A stretch of 64,000 nt of DNA, taken from assembly GCA_964016885.1 (NCBI GenBank), contig OZ024752.1, positions 45,136,001 through 45,200,000 of the forward strand, in the 5' to 3' direction. Below, piece after piece: positions 1 to 12,189 of this stretch (position 1 is the first letter of the stretch; the number at the start of each line of letters is the position of its first letter). The translations under genes and the position numbers were made by a program. A model generated the notes under the pieces. The model saw nothing but the letters and a program-made list of their open reading frames with translations. It made no database searches and was not told the origin of the DNA. Source of the stretch: Eledone cirrhosa. Taxonomy: Eukaryota.

Positions 1-42
1 ATATACATAAATATATATATATACATAAATATATATATATAC

Positions 43-83
<41 letters not shown>

Positions 84-230
84 CACATATATACATATAC
101 ATACATATATATACATATATATACATACACATATATATATATACATACATATATATACATATATATACATACACATATATATATACATACACATACACAT
201 ATATATATACATACACATATATATATATAT

Positions 231-261
<31 letters not shown>

Positions 262-359
262 CATACACATATATATATATACATACATATATATATATAC
301 ATACATATATATATACATACATATATATGTATATATATATATAGAGAGAGAGAGAGAGA
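1..359. repeat. (TA)n/(TACA)n microsatellite ending in (AG)n
   Basis: Directly visible simple repeat. Confidence 0.95.
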
Positions 360-654
360 CTGGCAGGGCAGCAGTGACGAAGGAAATTCAAGTAATATCT
401 GCTACAACAGATATATTGGCAAGATGTTTTAGGTTTTGGCGATGAAAGTAGTATTGGCAGTGTTAATGGTAGCACTGATTACATGTGTGTTGTGTTTGGT
501 GGTGGAAAGTAGAGGGGTTATATATGGTAATTATACTGCAGATAGACTCTGTGATGTTGCTCAGAAATGATAGTAAACTTTGTTGGTGGGAATACTGGAA
601 GTCTATCAGTAAAGATGTGATAATAACTATATTGAGTTGGCCATGAAACTTCAT

Positions 655-1048
655 TATCACCGTCGTCATCGTCATAAACATGTAGTATCAGAGTTACAGG
701 TAAATAGGATGAAGTTACCTGTATGCAGGGCTTATGAGAGAGGGGAGAGGTCCAGTTGGCACTTTTTTCCGGGGTCCAAAAGCTAAGAAGGGCCCACAGC
801 AACCATTCAACATCCATTTTAAGAAAAATCTTTGCCTGTTTTGGGCTCCAAAACATCATCATCATCGTCATCAACATGTAGTATCAGAATTACAGGTAAA
901 TAGGATGAAGTGACCTGTATGCAGGGCTTATGAGAAAGGGGAGAGGTCCAGTTGGCACTTTTTTCCGGGGTTCAAAAGCTAAGAAAGGCCCACAGCAACC
1001 ATTCAACATCCATTTTAAGAAAAATCTTTGCCTGTTTTGGGCTCCAAA
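655..1048. repeat. Tandem duplication, period 196 bp, containing a CAGGGC-starting MITE-like segment
   Basis: TGTAGTATCAG at 681 and 877; TTGGGCTCCAAA at 841 and 1037. Confidence 0.9.
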
Positions 1049-1227
1049 GGGGTCTGGTACCACCTTGCAAGATTTCTCTTGGAGGCCCTACCTGTATAAT
1101 TTTACAAAGGGCTCTCTTGTAACCTTGGTGACCCTGGTGACAATTGGGACTAAATTAAAGGGACTAAAGTAAGAAACTGAAAATAAAGTTGTGTCCACGT
1201 TGTAAAGTGTTGGTGTAGATGTCACCT

Positions 1228-1470
1228 CCTACTACTACTACTATTGTTGCTGCTGCTGCTACTACTGCTGCTGCTACTACTGCTATTACTACTACCACTA
1301 CTGCTACTGTTCTACTACTACTGCTGCTGCTACTACTACTACTGCTACTACCACTACCCCAATATATATATATATATATACATACATACACTTGTACATA
1401 TATACATACATACATACATACATACACTTGTACATATATACATACATACACACATATATATATATACACT
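1228..1470. repeat. (CTA/CTG)n followed by (TA/TACA)n
   Basis: Simple repeat; explains ORFs 1164-1626. Confidence 0.9.
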
Positions 1471-1920
1471 TGTGTATAGTGAAATCAATGTACTAGCATC
1501 AAATAAACCTAAAATACTCCCATTCAATAAATAAATATTATTTATAAATAAAATAAAACATTTACAAGAAAGACACCAACATAAAGAATGTTCCAGATTT
1601 TGTGAGAAAGATATTGTGATTAGCATAAGTGAGGTGAAATTATTTGATGAAAGGACACCTAAAATCTATGTCATGATCTGTAGTATCAATACAATTCTGA
1701 AATCAATATATATTTACTTGCTAGATTCATAATATATTTTAACCCTGATGACCTGATATAGACTCCAGCTACTAGAAATAATGGAATAGGATAGGATTAA
1801 CAGAAATATCACTATTGATGTATTGATACGAGGGGAATATTGGTAGGGATGAGTTATCACTCTCAAATATATATATATATATATATATGATGATGGTGAT
1901 GATATATATATATATATATA

Positions 1921-2036
1921 GGAATATGTTCAAGACCCCGACGGTAGAGCTCAAGCCGTTTCAACGGCTATTTCTGTACTGAAATAGCCGTCAAAATGCG
2001 TTATGGTCCACCTGGTTCCTTACCACACTTCCTTCG

Positions 2037-2038
<2 letters not shown>
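1921..2038. mobile_element. Fold-back element family P (probable PLE terminal-repeat fragment)
   Basis: GACCCCGACGG.AGAGCTCAAGCCGTTTC..CGGCTATTTCTG shared with 21059, 31477 and 32289; flanked by (TA)n. Confidence 0.75.
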
Positions 2039-2078
<40 letters not shown>

Positions 2079-2081
<3 letters not shown>

Positions 2082-2372
2082 CTTGCAATCGAAAGGTTGT
2101 GAGTTCAATTCTCAGACCGGGTGATGTGTTGTTTCCTTGAGCAAGACACTTTATTTCACATTGCTCCAGTTTACTCAGCTGTAGAAATGAGATGATAGGG
2201 ACTAGGGTTCATATCATTCCACTGCAAAGTGGTCGTGGAGGTGCCACAGCAAAAAGCACCCAGCACTCACTGTAAATGAGGTTGGTGTTAGGAAGGGCAT
2301 CAAGCCAGGATCAGTTCCCGTCCCACCCTTGCAAGCAGGGAAAAAGTGGACGTAAAATGAAATGATGAATGA

Positions 2373-2375
<3 letters not shown>
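2079..2375 (+). mobile_element. SINE family B (tRNA-like head, CORE/V-like body, RTE-like tail), 5' truncated
   Basis: B-box GAGTTCAATTC, TCCTTGAGCAAGACACTT body, GGACGTAAAATGA(TGA)n tail; near-identical to 17768 and 58362. Confidence 0.9.
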
Positions 2376-2412
<37 letters not shown>

Positions 2413-2531
2413 TGTCATAGAAATATCCATGACCCCCAGCAGACAACTGATGAAGGAAAATTTTCTCCCGTTCGTGCCTTCTCTTATTTATAAGTACACC
2501 TCATCCAGCAACTACACAGTCCCTGTTTCTT

Positions 2532-2575
<44 letters not shown>

Positions 2576-2577
<2 letters not shown>

Positions 2578-2674
2578 GGATGTCTACAAAAAATTTATAC
2601 ACTCTACAACAGCATTCTAATATATATTGCCTGTACAGGTAATCAGTGTTTATACATTTTTGGGGGGCACCCTG

Positions 2675-2675
<1 letters not shown>
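2576..2675. mobile_element. Tc1/mariner-like MITE
   Basis: Imperfect TIRs CAGGATGTCTACAAAAAATTTATACAC / GTGTTTATACATTTTTGGGGGGCACCCTG in TA context; relatives at 27411, 58781 and 63845. Confidence 0.75.
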
Positions 2676-2740
<65 letters not shown>

Positions 2741-2770
2741 AACACACACACATATATATATATATATATA

Positions 2771-2945
2771 TCCACACTGTAAATGTGGTTGGTGTTAGGA
2801 AGGGCATCCAGCCGTAGAAAACCTGCCAGGCAGTCCTATATGAGCGAGACACGGTCACCCGACCAACCTTGCCTCAAGTGGGACAACTCCCGTCTAACCC
2901 ATGCTAGCGTGGAGGGTGGACGTTAAATGAAGATGATGATGATGA
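2771..2945 (+). mobile_element. RTE-tailed SINE 3' fragment
   Basis: GGTGTTAGGAAGGGCATCCAGCCGTAGAAA...CCGTCTAACCCATGCTAGCGTGG...GGACGTTAAA(TGA)n. Confidence 0.85.
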
Positions 2946-3964
2946 TATATATATATATATGTACATGCGTATATATATATAAAGAGATAGGTAGGTAGGT
3001 AGGTTGGTAGATAGGTAGGTGGGTGGGTGGGTGGGTGGGTAGGTAGGTAGGTAGGTAGGTAGGTAGGTAGGTGGGTAGGTAGGTGGGTAGAGAGATAGAG
3101 AGATAAACAGATAGATATGTTTCTTTATTAGCCACAGGGGCACAAAAGAAGGGGACAAATACAAAGGGGGAAGTTTACATACAATAAAAACGTGTAAAAT
3201 GTTATCACAAATGCAATTTTAAAAATTAGTCGATTTTCCCCAATAGGGGGAGACAGTTCATATGGGTAACACATACCCCCGAAAAAATGTGCAACCCTCA
3301 TCTCCAGGAGTACGAAGAGTTTGTACCCCTTTCCTCTCTTCCTCTTTTTACCTCAACCTACAGGCTGATATAGAGAGAAGTTAGATAGATAGGTAGATAG
3401 ATAAACATATAAACAGATAGATAGATAGTTAGATAGCTATAGAGAGAGCAAGATAAAGAGAGGGGAACAGGTGCACTGTACAAGAATCAGCTGCATTATC
3501 CTGTGCTGCAGAACTGCACATTTTGCATGTTGTCAGTTTGCGTCAGTTTGTGAATTAAGAATTAAAAACAATGGTGCATTGAAAGAGTGAATAGGTAGGG
3601 TTCTTGTGTAATTTGACATAGATTACCACACATGTGTTGGGGGTGTGTGTGTGTGTGGGGGGGGGGTTGTATGGGTGTGTGTCTGTGTGGGTTTGTGTGG
3701 GTGTGTGTGGCTGTGTGTGTGTGTTTGTATAGGTGCGTGTGTGTTTGTGTGTTTGTATGGGTGTGTTTGTGTGTGTCTGTGTGTGTATGCTTGTGTGTGT
3801 TTGTCTGTGTGTGTGAGAGTGTGTGTGTTTGTGTGGGTTTGTATGTGTGTTTGTGCGGGTCTGTGTTTGTGTGTGTCTGTTTGTGTGTGTGTATTTGTCC
3901 GTGTGTATATATGTGTTTGTGTGTGTAATTTTACTTTTCTTTTTTTTCCATTATTATTATTATT

Positions 3965-4345
3965 CCACCGAGGTTGACTTTGACTTTCATCCTTACGGGG
4001 TCGATAAAATAAAGTACCAGTAATACACTGGGATAATTGCTGGCCTTGTGCCAAAAGTAGAAACAATTATTATTATTATTATTGTTATTATCATCGTCAT
4101 TTGTGCGGTGGATTGGCAGTATCGGTAGAGAGTCGGACACCATGCTTTGCAGCATAGAGTTATGGCCCTTTATGTTCTGAGTTCAAATTCTTACGGTGTC
4201 GATAAAACAATAAAATGAAGTACCACTGGAATAATTGCTGGCCTTGTACCAAAAGTAGAAACAAATATTATTATTAAAGTACCAGTAATACACTGGGATC
4301 GATCTAATCGACTTTCCCCACCCTCTAGATAGTGTTGACCTTGTG
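3965..4345 (+). mobile_element. SINE family A (tRNA-like head, Nin/Deu-like domain), two partial copies
   Basis: CTTTCATCCTTACGGGGTCGATAAAATAAAGTACCAG domain, GAGTTCAAAT B-box, GGCCTTGTGCCAAAAGTAGAAACA(ATT)n tail. Confidence 0.85.
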
Positions 4346-4693
4346 CCTAGATCAGAAATCATTACTTAAATTCCTTAAATTCTTTTTTAAAACACATTCT
4401 TCATAATTTTACATGTATTCAACAATTATTTCCTTTGACACAGATTTTCTCACATTTCTCTATAAATATAGAAATTCTCTTTTGAAAAATATTCCTTTCG
4501 ATGAAGGTTTCATGAGAAGAACTAGTTTCAATGTACTTTATCGATCTGTTGATCTTTTTTACATCTGTATTGATGTCTAATTTCACTGGAACCAATGATG
4601 GGAACATTACTGACTGGCGTTACTCTTTTTCCTTGACTTTTTACGAAGAGGTATACACTTGGAAACAACACTCTATTTACACCTTTAAAGACG

Positions 4694-4952
4694 TTGGTTG
4701 TGGTGGTGGTGGTGGTAGGGATGGTGGTGATGGTGGTGGTGGTGGTGGTTGTGGTGATGGTGGTAGTGGTGGTGATAGGATGGTGGTGGTTGTGGTAGGA
4801 TGGTGGTGGTGGTGGTAGTGATGGGGGGGGGGGTGATGGTGGTAGTGTATGTGGTGGTAGTGGTGGTGGTGATAGTAGTGGTGGTTGTGGTGGTGGTGGT
4901 GATGGGGGTATTGGTGATGGTGGTGATGGGGTAGTGGTGGTGATGGTGGTGT
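4694..4952. repeat. (GGT)n degenerate microsatellite
   Basis: Simple repeat. Confidence 0.9.
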
Positions 4953-5168
4953 TGGATAGATAAATAGTGCAAAATAGAGATATATAAATCATCATCATCA
5001 TTTATATATATATATAGGTTGACAGACAGAGAGAGAGAGACAGACAGACAGTGAGGTGTTGATTGTTAAATGTTGTTGACAATAACATTGATGATGACAG
5101 CAATGGAGATGAGAATGAAAATGACAACAAAGACAATGTCATGGTATTGATTGTGATGATGATGATGG

Positions 5169-5990
5169 TGATGACAACAGCAGCTACAGTGTTGACAACA
5201 GCAGCTATAGTGATGACAACAGCAGCTGTAGTGATGACAACAGCAGCTATAGTGATGACAACAGCAGCTATAGTGATGACAACAGCAGCTATAGTGAGGG
5301 TGATGACAACAGCAGCTATAGTGATGACAACAGCAGCTATAGTGAGGGTGATGACAACAGCAGCTATAGTGATGACAACAGCAGCTATAGTGAGGGTGAT
5401 TACAACAGCAGCTGTAGTGATGACAACAGCAGCTATAGTGATGACAACAGCAGCTATAGTGAGGGTGATGACAACAGCAGCTATAGTGATGACAACAGCA
5501 GCTATAGTGAGGGTGATGACAACAGCAGCTATAGTGAGGGTGATGACAACAGCAGCTGTAGTGATGACAACAGCAGCTGTAGTGATGACAACAGCAGCTA
5601 TAGTGATGACAACAGCAGCTGTAGTGATGACAACAGCAGCTATAGTGATGACAACAGCAGCTATAGTGATGACAACAGCAGCTATAGTGATGACAACAGC
5701 AGCTATAGTGATGACAACAGCAGCTATAGTGATGACAACAGCAGCTATAGTGATGACAACAGCAGCTATAGTGATGACAACAGCAGCTATAGTGATGACA
5801 ACAACAGCTATAGTGATGACAACAGCAGCTATAGTGATGACAACAGCAGCTATAGTGATGACAACAGCAGCTATAGTGATGACAACAGCAGCTATAGTGA
5901 TGACAACAGCAGCTATAGTGATGACAACAGCAGCTATAGTGATGACAACAGCAGCTATAGTGATGACAACAGCAGCTATAGTGATGACAA
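5169..5990. repeat. 21-bp minisatellite GTGATGACAACAGCAGCTATA with occasional 6-bp (GTGAGG) insertions
   Basis: Direct tandem array of more than 30 units; source of ORFs 5002-6054 and 5063-6214. Confidence 0.95.
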
Positions 5991-6076
5991 GATTAATGAA
6001 AATGATGACAAAAAAAAGTGTAATTATAATGACATGTGATGTTTCAGATGTCATTTTTGTTGATATTCTTTTTACT

Positions 6077-6385
6077 TTGTTGTTGCTATTGTTGTTGTTG
6101 TTGTTACTGTTGTTGTTATTGTTGTTGTTGTTGTTGTTGCTATTGTTGTTGTTGTTGTTATTGTTGTTGTTGTTGCTGTTGTTATTATTACTACTGCTGT
6201 TGTTGTTGTTGTAGTAGTATGAAGTATTGTGATGTCACAGTCCATGCTGGATCACCCACTGACTCCATTGTTCTTATCAATGGCAGTGTTGTTATTGTTG
6301 TTTTACTTCTTGACACCACACCTCACCTCCTCCTACCACCACCTGCACCACCACTACTACCACCACTACTACCACTTCCGCCACC

Positions 6386-6434
<49 letters not shown>

Positions 6435-6491
6435 TTACCACCACCACTACTACTACTGTTACTACTACACTACTACCACTACCACCACCAT

Positions 6492-6542
<51 letters not shown>

Positions 6543-6649
6543 TACTACTACCACTACTACCACCACCACCACCACTACTACTACCACCACCATTACCACC
6601 ACCACTACTACTACTGTTACTACTACACTACTACCACTACCACCACCAT

Positions 6650-6694
<45 letters not shown>

Positions 6695-7205
6695 TACTAC
6701 TACCACTACTACCACCACCACCACCACTACTACTACCACTACCACCACCATTACTACTACTACTACCACTACTACTACCACCACCACCACTACTACCACT
6801 ACTGTTACTACTACCACTACTGTTTCTACTACCACTACCACCACCATTACTACTACTACTACTACTACTACTGTTACTACTACCACTACCACCACTATTA
6901 CTACTACTACTACTACTACCACCATTACTACTACTACTACTACCACTACTACTACCACTACCACCACCACCACTACTACTACCACTACTACCACCACCAC
7001 CATTACTACTACTACTACTACTACCACTACCACCAACACCACCACCACCATTACTACTACTACTACTACTACCACTACCACTACTACCACCACCACCACC
7101 ACCACCACCATTACTACTACTACTACTACTACTACCACTACTACTACCACCGCCACTACTACCACCACCACCACCACCACCATTACTACTACTACTACTA
7201 CTACT
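6077..7205. repeat. (TTG)n then (TAC/CAC)n trinucleotide arrays
   Basis: Simple repeats separated by about 110 bp of unique sequence. Confidence 0.95.
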
Positions 7206-7355
7206 GATAAGCCATCAAATATTGTTGCCCCTGTCAGCTGATATGTCACCTACAGTTCAGTGTTGAGTTACAGAACTAATGATGACTGTTGCTCATTGTT
7301 TTCCCTTGAAGGATTCCTAGGTATTCACAATACTTCCAGGTAAACAAGTACGACT

Positions 7356-7806
7356 GATAATTGTTTCTACTTTTGGCACAAGGCCAGCAATAACCCAGTG
7401 CATTACTGGTACTAATGTTATACATACATACATACACACATATATATATAATGTTATACATACATACAAACACACACACATATATATAATTGTTTCTACT
7501 TTAGGCACAAGGCCAGCAAAATACCCAGTGCATTACTGGTACTAATGTTATACATACATACATACACACATATATATATAATGTTATACATACATACAAA
7601 CATACATATATATATATAATTGTTTCTACTTTAGGCACAAGGCCAGCAATTACCCAGTGCATTACTGGTACTTTATTTTATCGACCCCGTAAGGATGAAA
7701 GGCAAAGTCAACCTCGGCGGGATTTGAACTCAGATCGTAAAGGGACGTAACTATGCTGGAAAGCATGGTGTCCGACCCTCCACTGATACTGCCAATCCAC
7801 CGCCCT
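7356..7806 (-). mobile_element. SINE family A with its tail and flank triplicated (period about 130 bp)
   Basis: TTGTTTCTACTT at 7361, 7490 and 7620; full SINE at 7617-7806. Confidence 0.9.
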
Positions 7807-7905
7807 TACACACATATATATATAATGTTATACATAGATACATACACACATATATATATATATGTGTGTATGTGAGAAAAACCACAGACCCTCCATCTCA
7901 ACTCA

Positions 7906-7943
7906 CCTTTTGAAAAGCAAAAGAACTGCGAAACCGGTAAAGG
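7906..7943 (+). ncRNA. Degenerate minimal hammerhead ribozyme motif
   Basis: CCTT-TTGAAAA (two changes from CTGAAGA)-GCA..TGC-GAAA-CCGGT-A-AAGG: helix I CCTT/AAGG, palindromic ACCGGT, GUA site. Confidence 0.55.
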
Positions 7944-8114
7944 AACCAAATAAATATATATATTTTTTAAAAATAAGACTCCATTTGCATTTTCGATTTC
8001 ATCTTTTTTTCTTTATACTTTCACTCGTGTAGGACACCTCGGTTATTTTTCATTTTGTAAAAAAATCCTCACTTTCTAATATATATATATATATATATTA
8101 TATATAATATGTAT

Positions 8115-8233
8115 GATCTGAGTTCAAATCCCGCTGAGGTTAACTTTGCCTTTCATCCTTCTGGGGTCAATAGAATAAAGTACCAGTAATGCATTGGGTA
8201 ATTGCTGGCCTTGTGCCAAAAGTAGAAACAATT
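8115..8233 (+). mobile_element. SINE family A, 3' half
   Basis: B-box through AGTAGAAACAATT tail. Confidence 0.85.
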
Positions 8234-8315
8234 ATATATATATAGTAATATTAATAAATGTTTCATTTTAATAAATATTTGTTCTACGGTTTATATATAT
8301 ATATATCATAATTTT

Positions 8316-8586
8316 TCATCATTTCATTTTACGTTCGCTTTTTCCCTGCTTGCAAGGGTGGGACGGGAACTGATTTTGGCTTGATTTCTACAGCTGGATG
8401 CCCTTCCTAACACCAACCTCATTTACAGTGAGTGCTGGGTGCTTTTTTGCCGTGGCACCTACACGACCACTTTGCAGCTGAGTAAACTGGAGCAATGTGA
8501 AATAAAGTGACTTGCTCAAGGAAACAACACATCACCCAGTCTGAGAATTGAACTCACAACCTTTCGATTGCAAGGCCAATGCTCTA
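8316..8586 (-). mobile_element. SINE family B with internal deletion
   Basis: Reverse complement of family B, missing the GATAGGGACTGGGG segment. Confidence 0.9.
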
Positions 8587-8880
8587 TATATGTATATATA
8601 CATATATATATAAACCGTAGAACAAATATTTATTAAAATAACAGATTAAAGAAGATCCCATTAAGGGTGAAAGCAGCGATTCTTTGCTTAAACTTTAATC
8701 TGTTATTTTAATATATATATCTATATATATATATCTATCTATATATATATATCTATCTATATCTATATATATATATAATGTGTGTGTGTGTGTGTAAAAA
8801 GTAAACAGAAATAACAACACAATCAGTACAGTATCTGGAAGGCATATATCCGGTTAACGTTTGATACGGCAGGAAGAGGG

Positions 8881-8916
8881 TCTTAACGTTTCGGACGCTA
8901 GTCCTTCATCAGAAGA
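8881..8916 (-). ncRNA. Minimal type I hammerhead ribozyme (PLE-type)
   Basis: Minus strand: UCUU-CUGAUGA-A-GGAC(UAGC)GUCC-GAAA-CG-UU-AAGA; helix I 4 bp, helix II 4 bp, palindromic AACGUU helix III. Confidence 0.8.
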
Positions 8917-8998
8917 AAGAATGAGAAATAAGATAGATTGAAGGGACGGTCGGCATGGATCGAAAAAAATGTTTTCAGAGAAAAAAAACTATATATAG

Positions 8999-9029
<31 letters not shown>

Positions 9030-9161
9030 GAAGGGATATTTAATTTGTTGGAAATTCAACAAATATATATGTTTATAACAGATTCAAAGCACTCGACAGT
9101 TTTCTGGAGTAAATATTCAATGATATTCAATAAATGGAAACTATATTTATAAAACCATATT

Positions 9162-9222
9162 TATTCTATTATATATATTTCAAGGGTACCAAAATTTTGG
9201 TACACTCTCATCAGATAAAATA
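9162..9222 (-). ncRNA. Type I hammerhead ribozyme
   Basis: Minus strand: UAUUUUAU-CUGAUGA-GAGUGUACCAAAAUUUUGGUACCCUU-GAAA-UAUAUA-UA-AUAGAAUA; helix I 8 bp, long helix II, palindromic AUAUAUAU. Confidence 0.8.
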
Positions 9223-9298
9223 CAAAATGTTTTATAAATATATATAATAGAATAAATATGGTTTTATAAATATAGTTTCCATTTATTTAATATCATGG

Positions 9299-9368
<70 letters not shown>

Positions 9369-9656
9369 TGTGTTTTCATATGCACCTTGATTATATTTAA
9401 ATGCTGCCTTAGCGCTACTGACAATTATATGAATTGTTTTTTTTTTTTTTAAAGGGAAGGGGGGGATGGGGGGGGGGTATTTTATGAAATAGTAATACTA
9501 TTGGTTTTAGGCAACTTGTAACCCTCACTATGAGTAAGGAGGAGGATGCAGCCAGGTTGAAACTTTCAAAAGTTGTACTTGAAAAGTGACATAATCTAAT
9601 ATCACGTGTTAAAAGTAAAGCAATTACATCACAAATGAACCATTTTACCAACAACC

Positions 9657-9701
9657 CTACATGTCTGACTGTGTGGCTTCATCTGAGTCTGTGTGTTGAA
9701 A
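9657..9701 (-). CDS. Candidate terminal coding exon FQHTDSDEATQSDM*
   Basis: TTATTTCAG acceptor then 14 codons and TAG in unique sequence; no homology recognised. Confidence 0.25.
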   Translation of the reverse strand, partial: FQHTDSDEATQSDM

Positions 9702-10577
9702 CTGAAATAATTACATCATGAAAGAGTCATTTTCAACCATTTATAAAACTCACAAAAAATTGTTTCATTCACATTTCATTTATTTTGTGAAGTGTTAAAA
9801 CTTTCGTTGCACCCTTGTGACCTGGTCACTAAAAATTCCATTGCAGCTCTTGCAATTTTTTTTTTTTTTTTTTTTTTTATCTGCTGGCATCTGATCCTTT
9901 TAAACATACTAATAACTGTAGAACTATGTATAATACCCTAATAGTTACTAACTAGGCAGTAACTAAATACTTTCTCTCAAGCTGGTAGGTATATAGGTAA
10001 GTATGTATGTAGGTAGGTAGGTAGTTAACTATGCTCTCACACTTTAATTACCAATCTCTCTCACAACACGTTCACAAAATGAAGATAATAAAACAACAAC
10101 AATAACAACAAAGTGTTCATAAAATCTTACAAAAAAAGGCAGCTAATCACCCCCCCCCCCCCCCAAAAAAAAAGTAAATAAAATAAAAAAAGATGAAAAC
10201 AGTAATAAAGTACTAAGTAACTAGCAAGCAACTATGACTAATGCTGGAAACAGAAGAGAGAAAAAAAAACAACTTTAAATATGATGAAAAGGAAATCTCC
10301 TTACCTCACGGAATACTAAAACGAAACAACAACAACAATGTTTTATATAACTCTACAAAAATAAAGGAAAAAAAAAGGAGTGAATTAGAACAACAACAAC
10401 AACAACAACAACAGCAACAGTAATAATAATGGTAACAGAACACAAAAGATGTATATATTTAATGGGACAAAGCAGCAGGAATCTATCAACCGATTAAATA
10501 TATTCCTGCTAGCAGCATGTTGCATGCTGGAATGCAGCACTAGTTCTACTGCTCGTAGTTTCAATTTGTTGTAGTAG

Positions 10578-10633
10578 CTATATATTCCTAATAACGCTGC
10601 AAATGTAATAAAATCCGCCGAAAGAAATAATAC
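10578..10633 (-). CDS. Candidate exon after a strong acceptor (phase-1 reading GIISFGGFYYICSVIRNI*)
   Basis: CTTTTCTCTCTCTTCAG|G acceptor; frame and 3' end uncertain. Confidence 0.25.
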
Positions 10634-10863
10634 CTGAAGAGAGAGAAAAGCTTTTCAACCAACACAACACTCGGAATTGTGCTAAAGCCATTCATCTGAG
10701 CAGTTCATTTTGTTTTTAGCGTGTTGCTTTTACTTTAGGCTCTCAAAACATCCACAAGATTTCTAAACTTTTTTTCTACGCACTCTAATTTTACTTTTCT
10801 TTTTTTCTTATTCCACATTATTATTATTATTATTATTATTATTGTTGTTGTTGTTGTTGTTTG

Positions 10864-11028
10864 TGCGGTGGATTGGCAGTATCGGTAGAGAGTCGGACAC
10901 CATGATTTGCAGCATAGAGTTACGGCCCTTTACAGTTTGAGTTCAAATGTCACCAAGATTAACTTTACCTTTCATCCTTACGGGGGTCGATAAAATAAAG
11001 TACCAGTAATGCACTGGGATAATTGCTG
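10864..11028 (+). mobile_element. SINE family A, tail truncated at the Helitron junction
   Basis: GCGGTGGATTGGCAGTATCGGTAGAG head through AATTGCTGG. Confidence 0.85.
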
Positions 11029-11029
11029 G

Positions 11030-11452
11030 AGAGGTCACTAGGAGAAAATGCATTTATTCCAAAGATTCCTCTTATCCCTTCCTCTACTGAGCTGCCATTC
11101 AAATTCTCAAGACTTCAGTTCCCTGTTAGAACCAGTTTTACTTTGACCATAAATAAAGCTCAGTGTCAGAGTTTCAAAGTTGTAGGATTGAATATAAGAG
11201 AATCGTTTTTTACCCATGGACATATGTAGGTTGTTCACGAGTGGGAAGATCTAGAAATCTTCATATACTATGCACCAATGGTAAAACAAAGTATCTGGTG
11301 TATCTAGAAGATTTCTTATTGTTTTTTCACAGACATACACACACTACGATCTTGCCTCATACTGTAAACCACACAAACATCCAATACAGTCGTTTCTTTT
11401 TCTACCTGTCTTCTCTTATCATCTGTCTACCTGGACGAAGCTGGCTACTGTA
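11030..11452 (+). mobile_element. Helitron 3' fragment (PIF1-like helicase C-terminus, frameshifted)
   Basis: RLQFPVRTSFTLTINKAQCQSFKVVGLN..FTHGH then YVGCSRVG...GKTKYLVYLE match Helitron helicase motifs V/VI; degenerate 3' hairpin CCTGGACGAAGCTGG near 11430. Confidence 0.9.
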
Positions 11453-11454
11453 AG

Positions 11455-11655
11455 GTGGCCATGTAGGAGCCACGGTGAAAAGGCTCCCAGTCCACACTGT
11501 AAATGTGGTTGGGCATCCAGCTGTAAAAAAACCTGCCAGAGACGCTTCTATGCGAGCAAGACATGGTCTCCCGACCATTTCTGCTTCAAATGGAACAAAA
11601 CCGTCTAACCCATGCTAGCATGGAAGATGGACGTTAAACAATGATGATGATGATA
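11455..11655 (+). mobile_element. RTE-tailed SINE 3' fragment
   Basis: CCGTCTAACCCATGCTAGCATGGAAGATGGACGTTAAACA(ATG)n. Confidence 0.8.
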
Positions 11656-12125
11656 ATATATATATATTATCATATATATATATATATATATAATAGGCGA
11701 GTGTGTATAGATTGGAGATAGGGTTTTGATCTTCTACTTCATCTTAAATTTAAAACATTAAAGTAAAAACAATTATTAATTACTATTATATAACCATTCT
11801 GAAAATATATATATTGATCAACTCCAGGATTTCATATACATTTACAACTTTCAGTTTGGATTAAATATCAAAATGAATAAACAATCAACCAAACGAACTG
11901 ATTTGGTGTATTCATGATTCTTGTTGGATATATTCTGATTTAGATTCTTACAGAACATTGCAAGTTAATAACGGGGCTTTTTGCTTTTTTTTCCCTATAA
12001 TTAAGCATCTTATCATATCATATTTCACCATGTGGTAGATTGCGGTTTGGAAAGCCTGAGAGCATGGATTAATTATTATAAAAATGAAAATGAAATGATG
12101 AGCTGAGCCTTGTTCTGTGAAGACA

Positions 12126-12181
<56 letters not shown>

Positions 12182-12189
12182 GTTCGTTT

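Noticed and set aside
1745-2480. CTGATGA motifs at 1745 and 2447 (also 17612 minus, 20900 minus, 22297 CTGAAGA, 55321)
   Set aside because: No properly placed GAAA/UH or no helix I pairing, so not called as hammerheads
5002-7266. Long ORFs (208-401 aa) on both strands
   Set aside because: Translations of a 21-bp minisatellite and trinucleotide repeats, open in several frames, with no domain
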